Shown here piece after piece: positions 8,601 to 17,940 of a stretch of DNA of 32,000 nt. How positions within the stretch are numbered: position 1 is the first letter of the stretch; each line of letters starts with the position of its first letter. The translations under genes were made by a program, and so were the position numbers. Location of the stretch: positions 120,001 through 152,000 of the forward strand of contig NC_000962.3 of the NCBI RefSeq assembly GCF_000195955.2. The letters are read 5' to 3'. The stretch is from Mycobacterium tuberculosis H37Rv (GTDB taxonomy: Bacteria; Actinomycetota; Actinomycetes; Mycobacteriales; Mycobacteriaceae). Below the pieces are notes generated by a model. That model ran no database searches and was not told where the DNA came from. It saw only the letters and a program-made list of their open reading frames with translations.

Positions 8601-10541
8601 ACCTTGGGCGAGGTGTACCGCGGATTCACTGGCTGCCCGGGCCACCGGAAGCGCTGACAGGATCCGCACCGCCGCGGCCAGATCGGTGCCGGTGATTAGG
8701 TCGGCAGTCCATGGTGTTGCCCCGCGGGGATCGTCGAGAGCCACACCGACGTCAGCGATGGCCAACGCGGCCAACGTATCGGTGGATGCGAAGTCCCGGT
8801 GCACCGCGGTGATCAGCAATACCGGTCCGCGATCCGCGCGCAACTCACGCACCAACTTCAGCAACGGCGTGCCAGGCGGATGCGTCGAACCGACGCTGGC
8901 CGATAGATCTTCGGTGCCCGCGACATGGCGCAAAACCACCCGCGCTCCGGTTCGGTGCGCGGTCTGCAGCAGCGGGATTGCGTATGGGTCGACTTCCCAC
9001 CCCACGTCGACGCTGCCCACGCATTGGCCATCGACCACCAGGTCGGCATGCTCGAGGCCCTGAGCCGGCGTTGCCGACGGCCCTTGAGCCGGAGCCCATC
9101 TCAAGCGGGCACCGGTAGCCGGCAATTCATCGGGGTCGGGTTCGGGTGCCTGCTCGCCATGGAGCAAGGCGTCGGCGACCTCGTAGACGCGGTCGTCGTC
9201 CCAGCCGGGTTCGTCTCCCTGTGCATGCAATACGGCGCGGTTGTCACCGCGCAGCGCTGCGCCGTCGATAACGACCACCCGCACCCGATCCAGGCGGCGC
9301 AACGCGCCGGGGTCGAGGACTAGTTGCCCGGTGTTGGCGAGCCCGCGACCCAGCACCGCCGCGAACGCCTGTCGGCCCATGTGCGCGGCACGTGGTACTC
9401 CGGCCAGGATCGCGCCGGCCGCGTCCTCGGTACCACCGCCGGCCACCAGTGCACTGGCCGCGGCGATCAACGAACCGTTTGCGGCCTGGTTGACGTATTG
9501 CTCCACCGGCCCGGCCCTTGACCCTTTGGCGGTGTCGATCGCGGCGTCGATGGATCCGCCGACCACGACGTGCGAAGCCTCGCCTGCCGCCGCAGCCGCC
9601 CAACTGTGTCGCGGCTCCTGCGATTTGGCCCCGGCCGACGAGATGATGGGCACCACCGGAGCCTGCGGCCGTCTGGGGGAGGCCAGCGCGGGTTCGCGGT
9701 CACGCCATACGCGACGGTGCGCCGCCGCTTCGGAGATTTGCAGGCTGCGTTGCACCAGATCGAGCAGCGGTGTGCCCAGGGACTGGGTTAGCCCGTTGGC
9801 CGCCGCCGTCGTAGCGGCGAGCGCAATATCGGTGCCCACTCGACCCAACCGCGACTCCATAAGCGACACCATTCGCGGTTGATGGTTTATCAGAGCGGCC
9901 AGGGCTCTGGTGGTTTGCGGTGCGGCGGGCAGTCGGGCGACCCAGCCGGTGACCGTGGCACCCATCGCTACCAGATCCATTGCCGCAGCGGTCAACGGCA
10001 CCAGGATCGCCAAGGGGTTACCTGGGTCGGCGAATGGTGCCGAGTTCGGCGACGACACCGACCCAGCCAGGAATATGTCGGCAGCCACCGCGGAAACCAC
10101 ATCACGTACCTCGTCCACGGCGATGTCGCTATCCGCATCAGGTTCAAGTTCGACCACCAGCCGACCCAATGAGCCCTCAACGTGGGCCTCGGCCACGCCC
10201 GGGATCCTGCGGACTGGCTCCTCCACCATGGCGGCATGCTCGTGCCAGCGAGGGAATGGCAGTAGCGGATCCAGGTCGAAATGCACGCGCCGTCCGCTGC
10301 GCCAACGCACCGGCGGTGTCATTCCGTCAGGCGATTCGTTGTGGGAACCGCGTACCCCGATTGCGCGACCAGTCGTTTGCACCACCGACTGCACCACCGG
10401 GCCGGTCAGCTCCAGCACCGGGCTGGCCAGCGTCTGCACCGCCGCGGCCGCACTCCCCGGCAAGCGGGCGCCGGCTCGCACTGTCTGTGCTACTCCGTTG
10501 GTCACACCACCGAGGACAGTGGCCACACCCGGGATCTTCAC
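5643..10541 (-). CDS. ctpI: Very long P2-type cation-transporting P-type ATPase with a ~700-aa N-terminal extension
   Basis: The ORF track gives 5643..10556. I prefer GTG 10541 (AAGGGTGA a few nt upstream). The C-terminal ~930 aa contain LTGESLPV (7842-7853), [18 protein letters not shown] (Asp codon 7383-7385), TGDHPITA and VGDGANDAAAIRMADVGIG. Confidence 0.9.
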   Translation of the reverse strand: MKIPGVATVLGGVTNGVAQTVRAGARLPGSAAAAVQTLASPVLELTGPVVQSVVQTTGRAIGVRGSHNESPDGMTPPVRWRSGRRVHFDLDPLLPFPRWHEHAAMVEEPVRRIPGVAEAHVEGSLGRLVVELEPDADSDIAVDEVRDVVSAVAADIFLAGSVSSPNSAPFADPGNPLAILVPLTAAAMDLVAMGATVTGWVARLPAAPQTTRALAALINHQPRMVSLMESRLGRVGTDIALAATTAAANGLTQSLGTPLLDLVQRSLQISEAAAHRRVWRDREPALASPRRPQAPVVPIISSAGAKSQEPRHSWAAAAAGEASHVVVGGSIDAAIDTAKGSRAGPVEQYVNQAANGSLIAAASALVAGGGTEDAAGAILAGVPRAAHMGRQAFAAVLGRGLANTGQLVLDPGALRRLDRVRVVVIDGAALRGDNRAVLHAQGDEPGWDDDRVYEVADALLHGEQAPEPDPDELPATGARLRWAPAQGPSATPAQGLEHADLVVDGQCVGSVDVGWEVDPYAIPLLQTAHRTGARVVLRHVAGTEDLSASVGSTHPPGTPLLKLVRELRADRGPVLLITAVHRDFASTDTLAALAIADVGVALDDPRGATPWTADLITGTDLAAAVRILSALPVARAASESAVHLAQGGTTLAGLLLVTGEQDKTTNPASFRRWLNPVNAAAATALVSGMWSAAKVLRMPDPTPQPLTAWHALDPEIVYSRLAGGSRPLAVEPGIPAWRRILDDLSYEPVMAPLRGPARTLAQLAVATRHELADPLTPILAVGAAASAIVGSNIDALLVAGVMTVNAITGGVQRLRAEAAAAELFAEQDQLVRRVVVPAVATTRRRLEAARHATRTATVSAKSLRVGDVIDLAAPEVVPADARLLVAEDLEVDESFLTGESLPVDKQVDPVAVNDPDRASMLFEGSTIVAGHARAIVVATGVGTAAHRAISAVADVETAAGVQARLRELTSKVLPMTLAGGAAVTALALLRRASLRQAVADGVAIAVAAVPEGLPLVATLSQLAAAQRLTARGALVRSPRTIEALGRVDTICFDKTGTLTENRLRVVCALPSSTAAERDPLPQTTDAPSAEVLRAAARASTQPHNGEGHAHATDEAILAAASALAGSLSSQGDSEWVVLAEVPFESSRGYAAAIGRVGTDGIPMLMLKGAPETILPRCRLADPGVDHEHAESVVRHLAEQGLRVLAVAQRTWDNGTTHDDETDADAVDAVAHDLELIGYVGLADTARSSSRPLIEALLDAERNVVLITGDHPITARAIARQLGLPADARVVTGAELAVLDEEAHAKLAADMQVFARVSPEQKVQIVAALQRCGRVTAMVGDGANDAAAIRMADVGIGVSGRGSSAARGAADIVLTDDDLGVLLDALVEGRSMWAGVRDAVTILVGGNVGEVLFTVIGTAFGAGRAPVGTRQLLLVNLLTDMFPALAVAVTSQFAEPDDAEYPTDDAAERAQREHRRAVLIGPTPSLDAPLLRQIVNRGVVTAAGATAAWAIGRWTPGTERRTATMGLTALVMTQLAQTLLTRRHSPLVIATALGSAGVLVGIIQTPVISHFSGVPRWDRSPGRASSAPRQEPPQSQRWHRSGWQAQSVSCNLMNALTTRKTLTRVDRTYRRPR

Positions 10542-10894
10542 TGAGTCACCCTTCAACTACCGATACCGCGCCTAATCCTGATGGCGTATCAGCGCCATGT
10601 CTACCGACTTGCGCATACTTCGCCGGGTGAGGTCGCCGGTGAAGGCAGTCCGGACCCCTTTGGTCTGCGAGCGATGAATGCAGACGCCGTGTCGGATCTA
10701 GCTTGAGTACGGGCGGGCCCGTGACGCGCCGGTGGCGGGCACGTGAAACCGACCCAAACGATCCCAACGACGCGGCAACGCCTGGCTAACGGCTCACGGA
10801 TCGAATCAGTGGATGCGGTGGGGTCCGTGAATCAGCCGGCAAGCGGCCAAGCGTTGCATTGTGCGGCCGACATTGGGGGGCCGACGAAATCGGC

Positions 10895-11104
10895 TCACAA
10901 AATGCGGTGGTGGGCCCTGCCGACGTGGTAACCCGCCGGGAAGGACTTCTCGATGACCTGCAGCTGGTGGTTCACTCTCGACTCCAGCTCGAGCACCACG
11001 CAGCTGTCACCGACGGTCTTCGACTCAAGGACGATGTACCGCTGACCGCCACCGTTGACATCGGTGATCGGGTCACCGGAGTGCAATGTTTCGACGGGCA
11101 CCAA
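10895..11104 (-). CDS. Small hypothetical protein (Rv0108c by recollection), no family recognised
   Basis: This is the shortest version of track ORF 10895..11308. By hand count, 58 of 69 codons end in G/C, as real genes do here. Its composition is not R/P/A-biased, unlike the antisense ORF 10859..11122. The start is uncertain (TTG 11104, GTG 11128 or GTG 11137) and none has a clear SD. Confidence 0.4.
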   Translation of the reverse strand: MVPVETLHSGDPITDVNGGGQRYIVLESKTVGDSCVVLELESRVNHQLQVIEKSFPAGYHVGRAHHRIL

Positions 11105-11381
11105 ATCCGGATTTCCGTTTGACTCCACGCGAAACACAGTAAGGCAATTAAGCCGACTAGGGAACACTCTGCGTGGTGCGCCACCTCGACGCGGAGGCAC
11201 CAGCGGGTTGGCCGCGGCGGGCTCGCTCTTGGGTGGTCGCCAGTGATTGTGACCAGCTGCCGGAGCGGGAATGCGTGTTGGACAGCCGAATCCCCGCAAT
11301 TGGCGCAACGTGCCCCGGAAGCCGCGCTACATTTGGCTCCTAGCCACCAGACAGCTTGCCCGAAAACGGCAGAGGTCCCTG

Positions 11382-12872
11382 ATGTCGCTTTTGATCACAT
11401 CACCGGCGACGGTGGCTGCGGCGGCAACACATCTGGCGGGTATCGGATCGGCGCTCAGCACAGCCAACGCGGCAGCGGCCGCTCCGACGACGGCGCTATC
11501 GGTCGCGGGTGCCGATGAGGTCTCGGTGCTGATCGCAGCGCTATTCGAGGCGTACGCCCAGGAGTATCAGGCGCTGAGTGCCCAGGCACTGGCGTTCCAC
11601 GACCAGTTCGTGCAGGCGCTCAACATGGGTGCGGTTTGCTATGCGGCCGCAGAGACAGCCAACGCAACTCCGCTGCAGGCTCTGCAGACTGTGCAGCAGA
11701 ACGTCCTCACCGTGGTCAACGCGCCCACCCAGGCATTGCTAGGTCGACCAATCATCGGCAACGGTGCCAACGGGTTACCGAACACCGGGCAAGACGGTGG
11801 GCCCGGCGGGTTGCTGTTCGGCAACGGTGGCAACGGCGGATCCGGCGGGGTGGATCAGGCCGGTGGTAACGGCGGTGCAGCCGGCCTGATCGGTAACGGC
11901 GGGTCCGGCGGCGTCGGCGGGCCGGGGATAGCTGGCAGTGCGGGCGGGGCGGGCGGCGCCGGTGGGCTGCTGTTCGGCAACGGCGGGCCCGGCGGGGCCG
12001 GTGGGATTGGCACCACCGGTGACGGTGGGCCTGGCGGTGCCGGCGGTAACGCCATCGGTCTGTTTGGCAGCGGAGGTACCGGCGGGATGGGCGGCGTCGG
12101 CGGCATGGGCGGTGTCGGCAACGGCGGCAACGCGGGTAACGGCGGCACCGCCGGACTGTTCGGTCACGGCGGGGCCGGCGGTGCCGGGGGCATCGGCAGC
12201 GCCGACGGCGGGCTCGGTGGTGGCGGCGGCAATGGCCGGTTCATGGGCAACGGTGGGGTCGGCGGTGCCGGCGGCTACGGCGCTAGCGGAGACGGCGGAA
12301 ACGCCGGCAACGGCGGCTTGGGCGGCGTGTTCGGCGATGGCGGGGCCGGTGGTACCGGCGGTCTGGGTGACGTTAACGGCGGGCTTGCCGGTATTGGCGG
12401 TAACGCCGGGTTCGTCCGCAACGGCGGAGCCGGCGGCAATGGCCAGCTCGGCAGCGGCGCAGTCTCCTCGGCGGGTGGGATGGGCGGCAACGGGGGCTTG
12501 GTGTTCGGCAACGGCGGCCCCGGCGGTCTAGGCGGGCCGGGCACGTCGGCCGGCAACGGCGGTATGGGCGGCAACGCTGTCGGACTGTTCGGCCAGGGCG
12601 GGGCCGGCGGGGCCGGCGGGTCCGGATTCGGGGCCGGTATTCCAGGTGGCAGGGGCGGTGACGGCGGTAGCGGCGGGCTGATCGGCGACGGCGGCACCGG
12701 TGGCGGTGCAGGCGCGGGTGACGCTGCTGCATCGGCCGGTGGTAACGGTGGTAACGCCCGGTTGATCGGGAACGGCGGTGACGGTGGCCCGGGCATGTTC
12801 GGCGGGCCCGGCGGAGCTGGCGGCAGCGGCGGCACGATATTCGGCTTCGCCGGAACCCCCGGGCCGAGCTAG
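11382..12872 (+). CDS. PE_PGRS1: PE_PGRS family protein
   Basis: ATG 11382 lies inside track ORF 11271..12872. The PE domain reads [48 protein letters not shown]...[22 protein letters not shown] linker follows, then ~370 aa of GGxGGxG(N/A)GG repeats. Confidence 0.92.
   Translation: MSLLITSPATVAAAATHLAGIGSALSTANAAAAAPTTALSVAGADEVSVLIAALFEAYAQEYQALSAQALAFHDQFVQALNMGAVCYAAAETANATPLQALQTVQQNVLTVVNAPTQALLGRPIIGNGANGLPNTGQDGGPGGLLFGNGGNGGSGGVDQAGGNGGAAGLIGNGGSGGVGGPGIAGSAGGAGGAGGLLFGNGGPGGAGGIGTTGDGGPGGAGGNAIGLFGSGGTGGMGGVGGMGGVGNGGNAGNGGTAGLFGHGGAGGAGGIGSADGGLGGGGGNGRFMGNGGVGGAGGYGASGDGGNAGNGGLGGVFGDGGAGGTGGLGDVNGGLAGIGGNAGFVRNGGAGGNGQLGSGAVSSAGGMGGNGGLVFGNGGPGGLGGPGTSAGNGGMGGNAVGLFGQGGAGGAGGSGFGAGIPGGRGGDGGSGGLIGDGGTGGGAGAGDAAASAGGNGGNARLIGNGGDGGPGMFGGPGGAGGSGGTIFGFAGTPGPS
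11760..12869 (+). repeat. PGRS polymorphic GC-rich repeat region (codes for Gly-Gly-Ala/Asn repeats)
   Basis: There are iterated GGCGGN/GCCGGN triplet motifs. The opposite strand gives long Pro-rich shadow ORFs (e.g. 12275..12835). Confidence 0.85.
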
Positions 12873-12914
12873 GCGTGTTGCATCCCGCCCAACGGCGCAG
12901 GCAACAATGGTGCG

Positions 12915-13769
12915 ATGAGTGGCGCCAGCTCATCGGAGTCGCCCACCTGCTATCGCCATCCCGGGCGCCGGACCTACGTCCGCTGCACCCGATGTGATCG
13001 GTACATCTGTGGCGAATGTATGCGCGTGGGTCCCGTCGGCCACCAGTGCGCGGAGTGTGTGCGCGAAGGCGCCCGGGCGGTGCGGCAGCCTCGTACCCCA
13101 TTCGGCGGGCGGCAGCGGTCGGCAACTCCGGTGGTTACATACACGCTGATCTCGCTGAATGCGCTGGTGTTCGTCATGCAAGTGACCGTGATGGGTCTGG
13201 AACGGCAGCTCGCTTTGTGGCCACCCGCGGTCGCCAGCGGTCAGACCTACCGGTTGGTGACCTCGGCGTTCCTGCACTACGGGGCGATGCACCTGCTGTT
13301 GAACATGTGGGCGCTGTATGTGGTGGGTCCGCCGTTGGAGATGTGGCTGGGCCGGTTGCGGTTCGGCGCGCTGTATGCGGTGAGCGCGCTGGGTGGCTCG
13401 GTGTTGGTCTATCTGATCGCACCGCTTAATACGGCGACGGCGGGGGCATCGGGGGCGGTGTTCGGTCTTTTCGGTGCCACGTTCATGGTGGCCAGGCGGC
13501 TCCACCTTGATGTTCGTTGGGTCGTCGCGCTCATCGTGATCAACTTGGCTTTCACGTTCCTCGCGCCGGCGATCAGCTGGCAGGGGCACGTCGGCGGGCT
13601 GGTAACGGGTGCGCTGGTGGCAGCGACCTACGTCTACGCGCCCAGGGAACGTCGGAACTTGATCCAGGCCACAGTGACGATCACCGTTTTGGTTGCGTTC
13701 GTCGTGCTGATCGGCTGGCGCACAGTCGATTTGCTCGCACTGTTCGGTGGGCGCCTCAACCTGAGCTGA
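12915..13769 (+). CDS. Rhomboid-family intramembrane serine protease with an N-terminal Cys/His zinc-ribbon-like domain (Rv0110 by recollection)
   Basis: This matches track ORF 12915..13769. The rhomboid core shows YRLVTSAFLHYGAMHLLLNMW, GASGAVFGLFG (GxSG catalytic Ser) and GHVGGLVTG (catalytic His). I use ATG 12915 so that CYRHPGRRTYVRCTRCDRYICGECMRVGPVGHQCAECV stays intact. From memory, the database model starts at the internal ATG 13020. Confidence 0.88.
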   Translation: MSGASSSESPTCYRHPGRRTYVRCTRCDRYICGECMRVGPVGHQCAECVREGARAVRQPRTPFGGRQRSATPVVTYTLISLNALVFVMQVTVMGLERQLALWPPAVASGQTYRLVTSAFLHYGAMHLLLNMWALYVVGPPLEMWLGRLRFGALYAVSALGGSVLVYLIAPLNTATAGASGAVFGLFGATFMVARRLHLDVRWVVALIVINLAFTFLAPAISWQGHVGGLVTGALVAATYVYAPRERRNLIQATVTITVLVAFVVLIGWRTVDLLALFGGRLNLS

Positions 13770-13949
13770 ACACATCAAAACCGATAGCCGCTTGTCTTCG
13801 CGTGTCTTCGGGGAATCCGACGCGGTCACATCTAAACTCGCCACGATCAAGAGGAGGGGCAGCGACGTATCGGCAGCAAGCACTGCGCCGGACGACGAAG
13901 TGGTCAGGGCGCGCTAACAGCGAGAGCTGAGCCGGGCGGGATTCACTCC

Positions 13950-16007
13950 GTGCCGGCACGTTCTGTTCCCCGGCCCCGTTGGGTGGCCCCGGTGCGCCGG
14001 GTCGGTCGGCTGGCCGTATGGGATCGGCCGGAGCGGCGCAGCGGAATTCCAGCGTTAGATGGCCTTCGTGCGATAGCGGTCGCGCTGGTACTCGCCAGCC
14101 ATGGCGGCATCCCCGGTATGGGCGGCGGGTTCATCGGCGTCGACGCCTTCTTCGTCTTGAGCGGATTTCTCATCACCTCGCTGCTGCTCGACGAGCTGGG
14201 GCGCACCGGTCGTATCGATCTGAGCGGGTTCTGGATTCGCCGTGCGCGGCGGCTGCTGCCGGCGCTGGTGCTGATGGTTCTCACCGTGAGCGCCGCACGC
14301 GCACTATTTCCTGACCAAGCTCTCACCGGGCTACGGAGCGATGCGATCGCCGCGTTCCTATGGACGGCGAATTGGCGGTTTGTGGCCCAAAATACCGATT
14401 ACTTCACCCAGGGCGCTCCACCCTCGCCCCTACAGCACACCTGGTCGTTGGGGGTGGAGGAGCAGTATTACGTTGTCTGGCCACTGTTGCTGATCGGGGC
14501 GACGCTACTGTTGGCGGCCCGGGCGAGGCGCCGTTGCAGACGGGCCACGGTGGGCGGGGTTCGGTTCGCCGCGTTCCTGATTGCCAGTCTCGGCACGATG
14601 GCTTCCGCCACCGCCGCGGTCGCATTTACCTCGGCGGCCACCCGCGACCGGATTTACTTCGGCACCGATACCCGTGCGCAGGCGTTGCTGATCGGCTCCG
14701 CGGCAGCGGCTCTGCTGGTGCGGGATTGGCCATCGCTGAACCGCGGGTGGTGCCTGATCCGGACTCGCTGGGGACGGCGGATTGCCCGTCTGTTGCCGTT
14801 CGTCGGGCTGGCTGGGCTGGCGGTGACGACTCACGTCGCAACGGGCAGTGTGGGCGAGTTCCGCCATGGTCTGCTGATCGTGGTGGCAGGTGCGGCCGTC
14901 ATCGTGGTTGCCTCGGTAGCCATGGAGCAGCGCGGAGCGGTGGCCCGCATCCTGGCCTGGCGACCGTTGGTGTGGCTGGGCACCATATCGTACGGCGTCT
15001 ATCTGTGGCACTGGCCAATCTTTCTGGCGCTCAACGGCCAACGTACGGGCTGGTCGGGCCCGGCCCTGTTTGCCGCTAGGTGTGCAGCCACGGTGGTGCT
15101 GGCCGGTGCGTCGTGGTGGCTGATCGAGCAACCTATTCGGCGCTGGCGACCGGCACGGGTTCCGCTGTTGCCGCTGGCAGCGGCGACCGTTGCCAGCGCT
15201 GCCGCCGTGACGATGCTCGTTGTTCCGGTCGGAGCCGGACCGGGGCTACGCGAGATCGGCCTTCCGCCCGGCGTTTCGGCGGTCGCCGCGGTCTCGCCGT
15301 CGCCGCCGGAAGCGAGTCAGCCCGCGCCCGGGCCACGAGATCCCAACCGGCCGTTCACCGTTTCGGTATTCGGTGATTCGATCGGGTGGACTTTGATGCA
15401 TTACCTGCCGCCGACTCCCGGATTCCGGTTCATCGACCACACCGTCATCGGCTGCAGCCTGGTACGCGGCACACCGTATCGGTACATCGGTCAAACCCTG
15501 GAGCAGAGGGCGGAATGCGACGGCTGGCCGGCCAGATGGTCGGCGCAGGTCAACCGGGACCAACCGGACGTTGCGTTGCTGATCGTCGGCCGCTGGGAGA
15601 CGGTAGACCGGGTCAATGAGGGGCGGTGGACACATATCGGCGACCCGACCTTCGATGCGTACCTCAACGCCGAGCTACAGCGAGCGCTCAGCATCGTTGG
15701 ATCCACCGGGGTTCGAGTGATGGTCACCACCGTGCCCTACAGCCGCGGCGGCGAAAAGCCGGACGGCCGCTTGTATCCGGAGGATCAACCCGAGCGTGTG
15801 AACAAATGGAACGCCATGTTACATAACGCCATTAGCCAACACTCGAACGTCGGAATGATCGACCTCAACAAAAAGCTTTGTCCAGACGGCGTTTACACGG
15901 CCAAGGTCGACGGCATCAAGGTCCGCAGTGATGGTGTTCATCTCACCCAGGAAGGCGTGAAGTGGCTGATACCGTGGCTTGAGGATTCGGTGCGGGTCGC
16001 CAGTTAA
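13950..16007 (+). CDS. Membrane acyltransferase-3 domain fused to an SGNH/GDSL domain (OafA/PatA-type glycan O-acetyltransferase architecture; Rv0111 by recollection)
   Basis: The coordinates match the ORF track exactly. The N-terminal polytopic AT3 domain shows IPALDGLRAIAVALVLASH.... The C-terminal part shows VSVFGDSIGW (block I Ser) and VRSDGVHLTQEG (block V DxxH). The GTG start is only weakly supported. Confidence 0.9.
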   Translation: MPARSVPRPRWVAPVRRVGRLAVWDRPERRSGIPALDGLRAIAVALVLASHGGIPGMGGGFIGVDAFFVLSGFLITSLLLDELGRTGRIDLSGFWIRRARRLLPALVLMVLTVSAARALFPDQALTGLRSDAIAAFLWTANWRFVAQNTDYFTQGAPPSPLQHTWSLGVEEQYYVVWPLLLIGATLLLAARARRRCRRATVGGVRFAAFLIASLGTMASATAAVAFTSAATRDRIYFGTDTRAQALLIGSAAAALLVRDWPSLNRGWCLIRTRWGRRIARLLPFVGLAGLAVTTHVATGSVGEFRHGLLIVVAGAAVIVVASVAMEQRGAVARILAWRPLVWLGTISYGVYLWHWPIFLALNGQRTGWSGPALFAARCAATVVLAGASWWLIEQPIRRWRPARVPLLPLAAATVASAAAVTMLVVPVGAGPGLREIGLPPGVSAVAAVSPSPPEASQPAPGPRDPNRPFTVSVFGDSIGWTLMHYLPPTPGFRFIDHTVIGCSLVRGTPYRYIGQTLEQRAECDGWPARWSAQVNRDQPDVALLIVGRWETVDRVNEGRWTHIGDPTFDAYLNAELQRALSIVGSTGVRVMVTTVPYSRGGEKPDGRLYPEDQPERVNKWNAMLHNAISQHSNVGMIDLNKKLCPDGVYTAKVDGIKVRSDGVHLTQEGVKWLIPWLEDSVRVAS

Positions 16008-16042
16008 TCCGCCGTGTGCTCCGGATGAGCGCGACGGTAACC

Positions 16043-16113
16043 CTGGAATTGTGCTGTGTGCTGGCTGTGTCGTTGTGATGAGCCTGTCTAAGTGGTGCGT
16101 AACCGTTTGACGA
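16043..16113. repeat. Direct repeat A (left copy) flanking the heptose gene block
   Basis: This 71-nt segment aligns without gaps to 19606-19676, with 58 of 71 positions identical by hand count. Weaker, gapped similarity continues about 20-40 nt on both sides. Confidence 0.8.
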
Positions 16114-16288
16114 GCCGCGGCCTCGCTGCAAACATTGAAGCCCGCACGTCTGGGTTTGTATTTACACAACGAGGGCGCTCCCCGATCTGGCGCGCGCAAC
16201 GAGGTGCGCACTATCCATTCGAGGTGAACTGGACTCCTTGATGCTCAGGCCGGTGCGGTTTGTCGAGAAAGGCGAATAGGAACAGTCC

Positions 16289-17245
16289 ATGAAAGTGTGG
16301 ATCACTGGGGCTGGCGGAATGATGGGGTCACATCTCGCCGAAATGTTGCTGGCCGCCGGACACGATGTGTACGCTACCTACTGCAGGCCGACCATCGATC
16401 CGTCGGACCTGCAATTCAACGGAGCAGAAGTCGATATCACCGACTGGTGCTCGGTCTACGATTCGATAGCGACATTCCGCCCCGACGCGGTATTTCATCT
16501 CGCGGCCCAAAGCTATCCGGCGGTTTCGTGGGCCCGGCCGGTTGAGACGCTGACCACCAACATGGTTGGCACCGCCATCGTTTTCGAAGCACTACGTCGC
16601 GTGCGACCGCACGCAAAGATTATTGTTGCGGGCTCGTCGGCCGAATATGGATTTGTTGACCCATCCGAGGTTCCGATTAATGAGCGGCGAGAACTTCGCC
16701 CGCTCCATCCGTATGGTGTTTCTAAGGCGGCCACCGACATGCTGGCGTATCAATATCACAAGTCTTACGGCATGCACACCGTCGTCGCTCGTATCTTCAA
16801 TTGCACCGGGCCACGCAAAGTCGGAGATGCACTTTCCGATTTCGTCCGCCGTTGTACATGGTTGGAGCACCATCCGGAACAAAGTGCCATCCGGGTGGGA
16901 AATCTTAAGACGAAACGGACTATCGTGGACGTCCGCGATCTCAATCGGGCGTTGATGCTGATGCTGGATAAAGGCGAGGCCGGGGCTGACTACAATGTGG
17001 GAGGTTCGATCGCCTACGAGATGGGCGACGTTCTCAAACAAGTAATCGCGGCTTGTAAACGTGACGATATCGTGCCGGAAGTCGACCCCGCCCTTCTTCG
17101 GCCCACCGACGAAAAGATCATCTACGGAGATTGCAGCAAGCTGGCGGCCATAACAGGCTGGCAACAAGAAATCTGTTTGACTCAGACGATTGCCGACATG
17201 TTCGATTATTGGCGTAGCAAATCCGAGTCCGCCCTGATGGTGTGA
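16289..17245 (+). CDS. gca: Extended short-chain dehydrogenase, GDP-sugar 4,6-dehydratase/reductase-like
   Basis: The coordinates match the ORF track exactly. Motifs present are [12 protein letters not shown] (GxxGxxG), GSSAEYG and YGVSKAATD (YxxxK). G+C is visibly lower than in the flanking genes. Confidence 0.9.
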   Translation: MKVWITGAGGMMGSHLAEMLLAAGHDVYATYCRPTIDPSDLQFNGAEVDITDWCSVYDSIATFRPDAVFHLAAQSYPAVSWARPVETLTTNMVGTAIVFEALRRVRPHAKIIVAGSSAEYGFVDPSEVPINERRELRPLHPYGVSKAATDMLAYQYHKSYGMHTVVARIFNCTGPRKVGDALSDFVRRCTWLEHHPEQSAIRVGNLKTKRTIVDVRDLNRALMLMLDKGEAGADYNVGGSIAYEMGDVLKQVIAACKRDDIVPEVDPALLRPTDEKIIYGDCSKLAAITGWQQEICLTQTIADMFDYWRSKSESALMV

Positions 17246-17318
17246 CCGAATGTCTTTGTCCTGCCAACCTGAGGAGCAGATAAGATTGACCGTAACGGAC
17301 TCTCAGTATCGACAAAAG

Positions 17319-17909
17319 GTGTGCACCGCGAGAACTGCTGAGGAGATCTTTGTAGAGACAATCGCTGTCAAGACACGCATCCTCAATGACCGGGTCTTGC
17401 TGGAAGCCGCTCGCGCAATTGGGGACCGCTTGATTGCCGGCTATCGTGCGGGAGCACGCGTCTTCATGTGTGGCAACGGTGGTAGCGCTGCGGATGCGCA
17501 ACATTTTGCCGCGGAGCTAACGGGTCACCTGATCTTTGATCGGCCACCGCTTGGCGCCGAGGCACTCCACGCCAATTCGTCGCACCTAACAGCGGTGGCC
17601 AACGACTATGACTACGACACCGTTTTTGCCAGGGCCCTCGAAGGATCTGCGCGTCCCGGCGACACGCTTTTTGCGATAAGTACCTCCGGCAATTCTATGA
17701 GTGTACTGCGGGCCGCGAAAACCGCAAGGGAGTTGGGTGTGACGGTTGTTGCAATGACGGGCGAATCCGGCGGCCAGCTGGCAGAATTCGCAGATTTCTT
17801 GATCAACGTCCCGTCACGCGACACCGGGCGAATCCAGGAATCTCACATCGTTTTTATTCATGCGATCTCCGAACATGTCGAACACGCGCTTTTCGCGCCT
17901 CGCCAATAG
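17319..17909 (+). CDS. gmhA: Sedoheptulose-7-phosphate isomerase (SIS domain)
   Basis: Motifs [19 protein letters not shown] and ISTSGNS are present. Three in-frame starts exist. I use GTG 17319, which leaves 50 aa before CGNGGS, similar to E. coli GmhA. The others are TTG 17286 (GAGGAG 9 nt upstream) and ATG 17250 (the track start). Confidence 0.9.
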
Positions 17910-17940
17910 GAAAGCCGATCCTTACGCGGCCATTCGAAAG

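Noticed and set aside
11760-12869. PGRS repeat arrays considered as a possible CRISPR or tandem-repeat locus
   Set aside because: There is no fixed-length repeat/spacer periodicity. The repeats are in-frame Gly-rich coding triplets within an ORF that has a PE domain.
12930-13883. 317-aa minus-strand ORF antisense to the rhomboid gene
   Set aside because: It is a shadow ORF. The plus strand has the rhomboid catalytic GxSG and His motifs.
16008-16288. A tRNA or att site at the borders of the heptose block
   Set aside because: I could not fold either repeat copy, or its flanks, into a cloverleaf. No tRNA-like conserved boxes were seen. The repeats remain unclassified.
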